From Diplonema japonicum (Eukaryota > Protista > Euglenozoa: Diplonemea): a stretch of DNA of 64,000 bases. A program made the position numbers and the translations under genes. Shown in pieces: positions 32,791 to 42,829 of this stretch. The notes under the pieces are model-generated. The model worked only from the letters and a program-made list of their open reading frames with translations, made no database searches and was not told where the DNA came from. The stretch spans positions 607,180-671,179 of the forward strand of contig OZ025673.1 of NCBI GenBank assembly GCA_964019335.1. The letters are read 5' to 3'. The first letter of the stretch is position 1. Each line of letters starts with the position of its first letter.

Positions 32791-34629
32791 TTACGTGTTG
32801 ATGCAGCACCTGATATCGTCAATGGGCTTGTGCTCCTTGAACGTGTCCTTCTTTTCCTCCAGCAGTTCAAGTAGCTTGGGGTGCATGTCCCTTGCCTCAT
32901 TCTTTATGATGTACCCCCACTTCTGGTTCCTCAAGAACCATGTGGTCACGATGTGTTTCAGCTTAATGTCAGAGGTCACGGGGTCCTTGTTCACGTTCTT
33001 TTCTGCAAAAATGTCGAAGTCAAGGCCTAAGGTCGCGAACTCGGGCCAACCACCAATGTCGTACTGTGTGTCATTCACCCAGCTGTGCTTGAAGGTCGTG
33101 AGGACCAACAGGTACCTACAGAGCTGCTTCAGGCTTGCAAAGTTCTTCTCCTTGTTGTCCGCAGTGATCTTGACATCGTCAGTGATGGGACTCACAGCAA
33201 CCTTGCAGTGTCCGACCGTGGGGTGCTCGGAGGTTGCCTTGTTGATCTCTCCATCGTCGTAGAAGGTCTCCTCCTGCTGTTTGCCGTAGGGGACACCGTT
33301 CTTCACAAGCTCGTCAGACATCAGCTTGATCTCCTCCCAGAACTCGATGATCTCCTTCTCGTGCACGTTGAAGTACTCGTTGATGTGATCATCGCAGACT
33401 TTGCTGAACTCTTGCTGCAAGTCGGCAAAGTAGTGGTTCTTGTTGATGGGCTTTCTGGGAGTCCAGTCGGCCCAGTTCATGCCGCTGAAGCTCTCTCTCG
33501 CAGCAACAGCAATGGAATCAATCGTCACAGCCGAGCCAAGGGGTACGAAGGCCTTCCCGCCAGTGAGGAGACTGTCAGCACCATTGTTGATGGAGACAGT
33601 GCCGTAGGTGTGGGGGAAAAGCAAAGTGAAGATTGGGTTCCTCCTCACGTTCCTCATCAAAGGAACGATGTACTGCTCGATGTTCAAGTGCGTCCCGCCA
33701 AGGTGTGTCACAAGCTCACCAAACATGAAGTAGTTCACCCTCCAGACCCTCTTCGCCTTTTCCCAGTCACTGCCATCGGCGGGTTTGTACACTTTAGGTT
33801 CTCCAAGGCAAGCATTATGGCCCCTCGTGAATCCACCAATCCTCTCCTGGATCTCGATAGACTCAACGGTCAGCTCCTTCGTCTTCTTGTCCTGAGTGAA
33901 GAAGGCGGTGGTGTTGGGTGCCCAGTGCTTTCCATCAAGCATAATCCCGTCGTACTTGAAGTCGATGTACAGCCTCCCGTCCTTGTACTTCTTTGGGATG
34001 CAGGGATTGAATCCGTTCAGAGCGAGGTCTACGAATGCTGCATCACTCCTCGCAGAGCCGGGGTTCTTGAGTTCTTCTTCCTTGTACTTGCAGAGAGGTG
34101 GGTAGAACACCGTTGTCTGTGCTAAGACGCCAGCAGCAACTACCATCTTCTTCGTCTCCTCTTTCTGTCTGGCGTCGTGCTGCTCCTGCATGAGGGGATA
34201 GCCTGCCTCCTTGTTCACGTACAAGCGAGGGGTGTAGGACTCAGCGATGGGTGCGTACTCCCAGAACTTTATCTCAATGTCTCCAAAGTCGAAATCGCTC
34301 AACTTGACATTGTTGTGCACCTGAGGCTCGTACCCAGTCACCTCAACCTCGATGTACTGGACGCTGCCATCCTTCATGTACCTGGGGTGCCTCTCGTACA
34401 CCTTGAGCTTCAGGTCAGGCGTGTCAAAGGTACCCGCAGCCTTCGGGTCGTACTTGAACTCGAACCTTCCCTCGATGTCTGTGTACAGTCCCTCCACAGT
34501 CATGGGGTCGTCCTTCCCGAAGATCCCGTCATCGTCGAACAGCCTCACGAAGATGTTGTGGATGGGCCTTGCCTCCTCGTTGTTCATCTCCTTGCTGAAG
34601 ATGAGCCTGCCACGCGCTCTGTGAGTCAT
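32791..34629 (-). CDS. Lipoxygenase with N-terminal transthyretin-like domain, copy A (612 aa)
   Basis: Same protein sequence as 29682-31520; offset 3109 bp. Confidence 0.88.
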   Translation of the reverse strand: MTHRARGRLIFSKEMNNEEARPIHNIFVRLFDDDGIFGKDDPMTVEGLYTDIEGRFEFKYDPKAAGTFDTPDLKLKVYERHPRYMKDGSVQYIEVEVTGYEPQVHNNVKLSDFDFGDIEIKFWEYAPIAESYTPRLYVNKEAGYPLMQEQHDARQKEETKKMVVAAGVLAQTTVFYPPLCKYKEEELKNPGSARSDAAFVDLALNGFNPCIPKKYKDGRLYIDFKYDGIMLDGKHWAPNTTAFFTQDKKTKELTVESIEIQERIGGFTRGHNACLGEPKVYKPADGSDWEKAKRVWRVNYFMFGELVTHLGGTHLNIEQYIVPLMRNVRRNPIFTLLFPHTYGTVSINNGADSLLTGGKAFVPLGSAVTIDSIAVAARESFSGMNWADWTPRKPINKNHYFADLQQEFSKVCDDHINEYFNVHEKEIIEFWEEIKLMSDELVKNGVPYGKQQEETFYDDGEINKATSEHPTVGHCKVAVSPITDDVKITADNKEKNFASLKQLCRYLLVLTTFKHSWVNDTQYDIGGWPEFATLGLDFDIFAEKNVNKDPVTSDIKLKHIVTTWFLRNQKWGYIIKNEARDMHPKLLELLEEKKDTFKEHKPIDDIRCCINT

Positions 34630-35601
34630 TTTTTCTTAGGATTAACTTGCAAAAGCACTGTGTGGTGATCAGGTAGGATGGTCAATGCGAATAAAGTGCC
34701 TGATACGGGCTTGTTAAAGAACGAAGACAGAAAAAAAAGGGGGGGATACCCTTAACACGACTACAATTAATGGATATATTGGTGGGCGTGGAGCTGGTAG
34801 CAGTGTTCTATTGATATTTCACGTTTTTTTTTTTTTTTTTTTTTTCTTTTTCTTTTTACCCCTCCATATCTCTAAAACCCTTTAAGAAAATCGTAAATGA
34901 CTCTTAGGGCGCCATTGAATTGGGAATTTTCGGGACATCTTGCAAGAGTTGACCGAGAATTCTTTTAGAAAATTATGACGTTTCACGAAAGCAAGGGTCC
35001 AGCACCCTTTTATTTGCATGTACTTAGGCAAATGACCAACAAAACTAACAAAAAAAAAAGGGGGTACAAAAGCAAACCGACATTCACAGATTAAAAACTT
35101 CACCGATTTGAGCTGTTGTTTTGAAGAATTGTCTCAGTCCCCTAACGGGAGGTCAATAACGGGTTTAGAGATATGAAGCTTAAATTGAACTGCCTGTCTC
35201 AAGACGACCGCGGCCGTGTGCCACGTGACTAGAGATCCAGACTTGGACAAGGTTCCACAGAGGTTGGAAACGGGGTGCTGCGAGTTCATGCACGCCAAAG
35301 TCAAGGAATGGAAATAACAGTGGACTAGGAAAATAAGGGCGTTTACGCTCCCATGATGGTGCCTGTAGGGAACTGGAAAACACAACGAAGTTTACAACTA
35401 GCATGATCACTGCGACCTGAGCCCAGTGGCACTGTGCTGCGGTAAGCCTGCGGTGCACTGCTGATATCTGTACAGGCAAGAACTACTATAACAAAAAGAA
35501 GAGTGGTGAGGTGAAAGGGAGGAAAAAAAGGGGGAGAAGGAAAAGCACGCCAACAATTTTGCTAAAAAAAGGAGTTTGCTTAAAAAAAGATGCACCAGCT
35601 G

Positions 35602-35647
35602 TCATGGCCACCATAGCTGCCATGACCACCATAGCTGCCATGACCAC
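35602..35647. repeat. 18-bp tandem repeat (about 2.5 copies)
   Basis: CCACCATAGCTGCCATGA units. Confidence 0.7.
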
Positions 35648-36437
35648 TTAGGTAACGTTTTGGGGAGGATAAATTATGAGCCTGTGCCCTGTTTGTGCCA
35701 TACGAATTGACTTGCAACAGGCCAGCCAATAGATGGCTCCTATGCTGGTCGTACACCTTGGACACCGCAGGGTATACTTGTTCAGAAGAACAGATGACAG
35801 CAGATAGAGAACCAAAAGGGGAAAGGGGTAGAAGGTTTTTTCAAGATTTTCCAAACCCCCTCAGAGCAAGTCCGGATAGACTTCACGGGTTTTAGAGATA
35901 AGGATCGTTATTTATTTTTCACCCCCCCTCCTTTTGATTCTCCCCATTATTTTTTTTCTCTTTCTAGCTTAGCTCCTTTGCATGTGTTCTTCCTCGTTTC
36001 TAAGCAAGCTATAAACGCAAGTGAAAAAAAGTTTCGTTTATTTTCCGTCACATTTTCGTTTTTTTTTTTCCAAGCCAGAAAACGCAACACAAGTGCTCCT
36101 TGCGCTGTTTGCAAGATGAACCCGTCAGAAGCTCAAGTTCGGAGGCCGACTCGAAAAACCCCTGAAACGGTGCTGCAGAACATCACAGCATGCTGGGATG
36201 CCACCTCACCAAACAATAATCATCTAACTGTACGGGAGGAAAGAAGATGCGTCCTTGTCCAGGGACCATCTCGAGGGTCAGTAAAGTATTAAAAGTCTAC
36301 AATCAACCAAAAAGGCTAGTTCCACAAGGCATGCTAGTTCAGCATCCTGCAGGGCCCAGCAACCTACAGCCTCAGCACCTGCAGCACATAATGTTGGGGA
36401 GGGAAGAAAGAAGATATTAAGTAGTGCAACCGCCATC

Positions 36438-36615
36438 TTTTTTTTTTTTTTTTTTTTTTTTAGACAGCCGAGACCGAGCTGCGGGAACGGGCGGGCTTTA
36501 GACACCCGCCTATCGCAAACTTAGGTAGAGGCTGTGCTACGTTTAACGGGCGAGCAGCAGTGTGGCAAAGCACAGCACCAGCCGCCGGGCGGCCGCCAGT
36601 AGGCTTGCCGACGGT
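36438..36615 (-). mobile_element. Possible short retroposon (SINE or 5'-truncated LINE) remnant with poly(A) tail
   Basis: GC- and CpG-rich island of about 150 nt with a GGCGGG-loop-CCCGCC hairpin, followed by about A24 on the minus strand. No TSD found. Confidence 0.35.
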
Positions 36616-37370
36616 AAAAGAACCATAGAAAAGGTTCAAAAATAAATGGAGATTCCAAACAAAGGGGAGGGAGTTATGTCAAATGAGAGCGTGTCCACTT
36701 GAAGAAAAAGAAGAGAAATAATATGTCTCAAAATTCTAAAGTGTTCCTCCAGGACAAGCTTTATACAATATTAAATGCCATCTGCGAAAGTGGTCAGAGT
36801 CTGTTGGGCTTGAGACAATCTTCAATCCTTGTAATGTAGCTTTGTTCTACTAGAATCCTGAACTGGTCATCAAAAAAGATTGTAGATTTGAACCAGTCCT
36901 GACGACTGAGTTATGCTGCTCTTGCAGGTTTCGTACTCGTGCAGTTTTCATTGGGAAGGGGCCTTTAAGCCCCTTAAACTTAGCCACATGGATTTTAAGA
37001 GATCAAAATAACGAAACCCCAACAATTTAGTCTTCAAGGTCAGTCTTCTGATGGCGGGACACTTTAGAAATCCGAGGAATAAGAAACCCTTCTTGTTGAC
37101 CAAGACCGCAAGTGCAGTGATTAAGTCAACAGAAGAGATGACTACCACCCCCTACCCCTTTCCCATACCACCCACCCACAGACGCAAACAGCAAGGAAAC
37201 AGAGATCTTTACTGTCGAGTCATCCGATTTGCAGTAAACACTTAACGTGTCTACGATCCCCCCCCCAAACCAAGCAACTGTTTGTTGCACCACCCAGCCC
37301 CTAAACCACCCAGCCCCCCCCAACCCAACCCTAGAACAAATTAAAGGAAGAAGCAGTGCATGAAGGCTGG

Positions 37371-38570
37371 CTACAAATCGTCCAAAGTAACATCGTCCAT
37401 AGCTTGCATGGTACTCTGCTTAAACCTTTCGTATATCTCTTTCAAAGCAAGCATGTCGGCGCAGAACTCTTCGTCTCTGCTCTGTGTGTTCGTGAACTCT
37501 GGGCCGTACTTCTTCACCGCTAAATCGGTGAGGAGGTTCAGTTGCCTATTCAAGAGCTCCACTGTGGAGTCAACCCCTCGCATGGTGTAGTCTACAGGCG
37601 AGTTCCGCTTGAAGTAAACCATAGTGGCAGCATCCGACGCGAGGACTTCCGTGTCCACGGCTGCGTCGTTGCTGTCGTTTGTTATCAGTCTGAGGAGCTT
37701 CACGTAGCCTTGCGATTGGACTGCGCTATTGAGGAGCATGCGGCGGAGCAGTTGCGACATCCCGGGTGCCGTGTGCCCATTAATAAGCATGCGCTGCGCG
37801 CACACGTAGTACATGTCGTCGATCATCTGTTTCGTGGTCTTGCCATATAGTACGATTTTCATGATGCTCCCGGAAACGAACTTGTCGAGTTTGAAAGTCT
37901 GCGTCTCCTCCTCCGCAACTTCGAAGATTTGGCTCTGGTAGTGATAGTCCGCCGAGTGAATAAAGTCGAGCGTGTCCTTCTCGCTCCCGTGCCGTTTGCC
38001 CGGACCAAAGCCTACTCTGTCTGTTCCCACACCAAGCTTGCTTAGCGCGTCCATCGCACCAGAGTTGGGGTGCCCAATGAGGATTTGCAGACCCTTGCAG
38101 TAGTAAATCGGGGCTTGCTCCTGGTAGTCAGCTTGGTAAAAGGTAAGCTTGATGTGGTCCACGATTGACAAGTGACCAGACAAAAGGTAGCAAAGGGTCT
38201 CCTCCGAAGTTTCTGAATCGCATCCTGTACTGGACCAAAAGGAGGTGTACTTGGCGTTTGTTGTTTCGTGTATTGTTTGGTTCATAGCATCTGTACTTGA
38301 GGCACCCAGTGCTGCGCTCAAAACACTTTCCTTTTTCGTTTTCTTGAGCAGAGTAAGCTCTCGGGTCAGCGAGTAGTAGTCGATCCATTCAGAACTGCTG
38401 TCCACGCCCTCCAACACCCGTGCGGCGAATTTTTTCCAGATAGCCTTCTGTTTTGAGACGGCATTCAGCTCTTTGCCAACTTGCAGTGTGCACAGTAAAT
38501 CCCGTGGTTCCAGATAGTCTAGGCAGAGTTGCCATGCCATCAATGAGAGCTGCTCATCTTTTTGAATCAT
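37371..38570 (-). CDS. F-box protein resembling the plant At4g00755-like family
   Basis: F-box (LCLDYLEPRDLLCTLQVGKELNAVSKQKAIWK), then SFWSSTG..SEETLCYLL and FYQADYQEQAPIYYCKGLQILIGH. The family resemblance is recalled, not searched. Confidence 0.8.
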   Translation of the reverse strand: MIQKDEQLSLMAWQLCLDYLEPRDLLCTLQVGKELNAVSKQKAIWKKFAARVLEGVDSSSEWIDYYSLTRELTLLKKTKKESVLSAALGASSTDAMNQTIHETTNAKYTSFWSSTGCDSETSEETLCYLLSGHLSIVDHIKLTFYQADYQEQAPIYYCKGLQILIGHPNSGAMDALSKLGVGTDRVGFGPGKRHGSEKDTLDFIHSADYHYQSQIFEVAEEETQTFKLDKFVSGSIMKIVLYGKTTKQMIDDMYYVCAQRMLINGHTAPGMSQLLRRMLLNSAVQSQGYVKLLRLITNDSNDAAVDTEVLASDAATMVYFKRNSPVDYTMRGVDSTVELLNRQLNLLTDLAVKKYGPEFTNTQSRDEEFCADMLALKEIYERFKQSTMQAMDDVTLDDL

Positions 38571-39322
38571 TTTACTGATAGTTATGTGATAAAGTATTAA
38601 GTAACTTACAAGACAAGGCATGGGATAGTCCAATCAACAAACCAGGGCCGGTCGCACCGGCTCCTCTGGTATTTGTTTTACTTGGTACTAAAGGGAGAAA
38701 CTAGAGAAAGGAACTGCAAGATATTAAGAATGTTTTAAGGTAAGTAGGGTAGTATTATAGCACAAAATAAAAAAGTTATTTTAAAGAGCAGCTGTAGACC
38801 TGCGAGACTGGTATGCAGCATATGCTCCATATCCACTTGGTAGCTGCTTGCAGAGGCTAAGAATTCGCATCGCTGGGAATACCCGGCATGCCTACAAGTA
38901 TTGTCCGTATAAGAGTTACGTTATCTATTCTCCACACTGCTTTGGAAAGGCTTACCAACCGGTTCCACGGGGCAAGACTACCACCTTGAAGATTTAGTTT
39001 CATGGGGAAAGCGCCAAGGAAGGTACAGCAAACACAGTAACTAAGTTCATAAACTAGCTAAAAAAAGAGGGGGGGGGGGGGGGGAGTAAACATGAAATAT
39101 AAAAAAGTGGATGGGTGGAAAAGAGCAAGGTCTCAAGGTGGCTTGCCCTGCCCGCAAGAAACAGACCCAGTAGACCACAAGGATCACTGAGCTGACAGCT
39201 AGCGGGTCCCGCCACGTGGCACTTTAAACAAAGAATGAAACAAGTGGCTGAGCTGCTCTCAAGGTGGCTTGCCCTGTCCGATTCATCAGCATTTGTGTTA
39301 TGGTACAGTGGTGCAAATGCGA

Positions 39323-40263
39323 CTAGTCAACAAGTACAAAGTCATCCTCGCCAGACGAATTCCTGTGAGTGGTTAACATTGCTCCTGTAGAACATACCCT
39401 GTGCCGGTGCTGTTGTATGAGGGTGAAGGCGACATCGGGCCAAGGGGGGAACGAGGATGTGCCGAATGAGCTGTCGACGGAGTGCCCAAGCATGGATCGA
39501 CCTTGTGCAAAGCAGTCGTGTCGGCTAAAGGGGTCGGGGCGGGGGTAGGGGTACTCAAGTGGTGCATGGGGGGCGTGTCCGGCGGTGTAGTTGCGTCTGA
39601 GGGTGTGACCGGAGGGGCTGCGGGGGAAGACCACGAATAGAGACCAAAATGCGAAGCGGAGAATGGGACGTGAGCCCTGTGTGGGTATCTTTCAGGCAGC
39701 GTGACACGGTTGAAGAACTGCGAGGAATCGACCTTCTGCGGGAATTGGGGGATGTGAGTGGACGTGGTGATGGCCTTGGCAATGGCATCTAGTGTTGTGG
39801 TCTGGTTGACTTCTTCGACGCAGTTGCTGTAGTACTTGAACCTGTCGTCGATAACAGCGCACCCACTAGCAGTGCCCAGGGCGAGCAGAATCAGCCCTAT
39901 GACGGAGTGCAGCTTCTTTCTTGAAGGATCCTTCTGTTCGCTAAGATCCTCGACCATCCTGCGCAAGCTGTCGAGTTTGGCATCGAGTTTTTCAATTTCT
40001 TTTTGTTGCCTTATCAAACTGAGTGCTACAGCCTTGGTGCCGTTATACCTCCGTCTCTTGTAGTTCCGGGTCTTAGGCGTAGTCTCGCTTTTCTTTTCTG
40101 TCAGGACAAAAAGTTTGCCAATAGCTTCGTTCAACCTCCGTGCTGATTCATTCAGTTTCTGCACTGGTTCCATCGGGTCGCTCTGGACTTGTACTGGATC
40201 GGCCTTGCTGCACACCATTCTCCTACAGTTCATGAGTATGGTCTTGGGGCGTGACCGGCACAT
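39323..40263 (-). CDS. Coiled-coil plus single-TM protein with disordered tail ending GEDDFVLVD; intron 39363-39397
   Basis: Removing the 35-nt GTATG...CACAG intron gives ...STGTGNSSGEDDFVLVD*. Confidence 0.7.
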
Positions 40264-40362
40264 TTTAGTGTGTTTCCTGAATGAGGTAAAAGGTATCTTA
40301 CAATAAGGTTATAAGATAAGGTGAACGGCCTGCACATCTAGGGTTTATGGTGTAATGACCGT

Positions 40363-42249
40363 TCAATCAACATCAACATCATTGCTGGCATCAGCTATCA
40401 GGCTCTGCGGATCAGCACCAAGCTCGAGTTCAGGTTCAGACACGGGTCGAGAGACAGATTCAAGCTCACTTGGAATATTTGAGCAAGTAGGTGAATTAGA
40501 AGTTGAAGAGGACCCTCCTGGGTCGTGCAGTGACATCAGGTGAGCCTCAATCTTTTCCTGTTCTCCATCTGCGAGCATTTCTTCTTTCTTCTGCAACCAT
40601 TTTCGCTTTGCAGCAGCTATCATGTCCTTTTCGCTTGTAATGTTCGATGCGTCGCCTGATGTCAGCTTCTTAATGAGCATCTCCACTTTCGCTTCTAGCG
40701 ATCGTATCCTGTCCTCGTACACTTCTCTGATGAACTCCACCTTCGCTGAGTACTCATTCTTGAGTTTTAGCATCCCATCCTGAGTTTTTCTACTCTCTTC
40801 TTCTTCGGGCTTTCCGACACCCAGGAGTTCGTTCACCTGTTTGACCTGTTGTTTTATTTTCCTCGACGGTATCTTAGTCTTCTTCTGACCTGAAGGGATG
40901 TTCAGCGCCACCGTTTTCATCAGCTGTCTGTGTTCATCACTTGTGCTAACTATCTCTGTCACTTTATTGATCTCGCTCTGCACACCGTCCAGTCCATTGA
41001 TGAGGCCGCTGAGCTCCACCTCATTTTTGACCGCGTCATTCGAGCCATCGATGTTTCTATGATAGTGCGTCACGACACCAGTCTCGCTGACTGTGAGAAG
41101 GGTTCCAGCAGGGAAGGCATTCCTGAATGAGCTTTGAAAAGATGCAATGCTTTTCCGCACTTCGCATAGCTTGGCACGTGTCGTCTGGAGCTTGTTGTTC
41201 TGCAGTTCATACACCTTAAGGTGCTGTACTGATAAGTTCACAACTTTCTTCTTGTCGATCAGCGCTGTGTGGAGCTCAGCTGCAGTCTGCTGCAACCCTT
41301 CTCTTACTGCTGTGAAGCGTGATGTAAGGTGGTGCAAATGGATTTCTAAACTTTTCAGTTTAGCTTTGTCCGATTTCGGTTTTGCGCCCCCCGATGTTGT
41401 AGCTGCCGGTTCATCCTGTGCGTCTTTCACTTGACTTGCTTCGATCGTGATCTCACTGAGGATATCTTGAAAGAACTTCAGCCTGTGCTGCACAGCATCG
41501 ATGGAGTGGCTGAAGGCTGAGCGCACAGGAGCAAGTCGCTCGTGTAGCCTGTTATCTTCCGCTGCGTACCTGAGCTGTTCCTCGTTGTAGTAAATGTAGT
41601 CATCGGCTATTTGTTCGAAAAGTAGTGCCATCTGGTCCTCCAGTGAGGCGCTTTTTACTTCAAGGCCTGTATTTGTGAGCTCCAGACGCTGTAAGGCTTC
41701 TGCACTTTGTGACTCTCTGGCTTCGAGAGACTTTACACGGATCTGGAGATTTTTTATTTCCTCTCTCGAGACTTCGAGCTCATTCGTCACTTGTGTCAGC
41801 TTCTTCTTCGTAAAGGTCATCTCTGTGAAGTGGAACTGCTCGTCAACAATGCCCTCCGCGAAGAGGATGTCGAAGAACGTCGACAGCTGTCTGGCGAGCA
41901 GCGACGAGTGCCGGTGGAACTTGGACGTGATAAGCAACAGGTCCGTCAGCGGTGACCCTTCTGCAAAACTGAAACCCGGAAGCCTGCATGCCACGTTCTT
42001 AAAGGCAATCACATCGTAGAGCACGCCTGCTATGTGCGAAGCTGTCGTCATCAAACTTGTTCGCAGACACTTCAGCGTGAGCCAGTGTTTCGTAGACAGC
42101 TCTTCAAGGTGACCTTGCAGTGACTCACAGGACGGCATAATTGAAGCATCCGTCTGCACTGCATTGTCGGCAGTCCAGACTCGTACCTTTTTACGCATTT
42201 GTGCGGCGCCTTTTTCAGCAGCCGTCATTTTTAGTACTTGAGTCTCCAT
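40363..42249 (-). CDS. Coiled-coil hypothetical protein (628 aa)
   Basis: Long ORF with extensive heptad pattern. Confidence 0.8.
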   Translation of the reverse strand: METQVLKMTAAEKGAAQMRKKVRVWTADNAVQTDASIMPSCESLQGHLEELSTKHWLTLKCLRTSLMTTASHIAGVLYDVIAFKNVACRLPGFSFAEGSPLTDLLLITSKFHRHSSLLARQLSTFFDILFAEGIVDEQFHFTEMTFTKKKLTQVTNELEVSREEIKNLQIRVKSLEARESQSAEALQRLELTNTGLEVKSASLEDQMALLFEQIADDYIYYNEEQLRYAAEDNRLHERLAPVRSAFSHSIDAVQHRLKFFQDILSEITIEASQVKDAQDEPAATTSGGAKPKSDKAKLKSLEIHLHHLTSRFTAVREGLQQTAAELHTALIDKKKVVNLSVQHLKVYELQNNKLQTTRAKLCEVRKSIASFQSSFRNAFPAGTLLTVSETGVVTHYHRNIDGSNDAVKNEVELSGLINGLDGVQSEINKVTEIVSTSDEHRQLMKTVALNIPSGQKKTKIPSRKIKQQVKQVNELLGVGKPEEEESRKTQDGMLKLKNEYSAKVEFIREVYEDRIRSLEAKVEMLIKKLTSGDASNITSEKDMIAAAKRKWLQKKEEMLADGEQEKIEAHLMSLHDPGGSSSTSNSPTCSNIPSELESVSRPVSEPELELGADPQSLIADASNDVDVD

Positions 42250-42305
42250 TCCTTGATGGGTTCATTTCGCAGCAGGGAAACGAACAATGCGGAAAGGTGA
42301 GGAAG

Positions 42306-42775
42306 CTAGAGGAGGAAGAGATACAGCAAAAACAGCGCGCCAATATAAAGAAAAAATTTAGATTTTGTATCATCATCCCACGTTGGCCCGCGCTGTGCTT
42401 CATTCCTATTTTATATTCATTAAAGTGCAGGAAGTCATACATATAATGGAACTCGAAGAAAGGTATTCCAAACCCAAAGCCGCCTGTAAACGGGAATCCC
42501 TGCCGCCTGGGTGGTGTTGGGGGGCGTGTCGCCTGTGGGCGTGGCGGTGGTGCTTGTTCTGAAGAACTCTGAGGTTTATGGGACTTCCCTTTGCCATAAA
42601 GAGGGATTATATTACTTTCACTACAACCAGCTTTGCACGTTGGGCAGTCGTTGTGTCCTCGCTGCAGCCAGGTGTTGAGACACGGCCAGCAGAACAGATG
42701 TCCACACTGTGTAACTACAGGTTCTTCTGCCTTGTCTAAGCATACTCCGCAGTCAAAATTTGTTTCTTCGGACAT
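42306..42775 (-). CDS. RNF5/RMA1-like tail-anchored C3HC4 RING E3 ligase; intron 42406-42440
   Basis: FDCGVCLD..EEPVVTQCGHLFCWPCL..CPTCKA..IIPLYGKG and PPRPQ. Splicing yields a C-terminal TM (FFLYIGALFLLYLFLL*), as expected for the family. Confidence 0.92.
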
Positions 42776-42829
42776 TTTCCCTAGCCAACTGCTTGTATTA
42801 AATAGTAGTAAATGTACTGCAAATAACAC

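Noticed and set aside
29976-34668. Long plus-strand ORFs (346 aa and 163 aa, each twice) and similar antisense ORFs across the window
   Set aside because: They are shadows of strongly codon-biased minus-strand genes and have no recognisable motifs.
36794-36872. Possible C/D snoRNA on the minus strand (TGATGA...CTGA, 79 nt)
   Set aside because: No terminal stem or recognisable rRNA-complementary guide; such boxes occur by chance.
39200-39290. CTGATGA hammerhead core, or an ingi/L1Tc-type HDV ribozyme signature
   Set aside because: No downstream GAAA or stem II, and the P1/P3 pairings could not be built.
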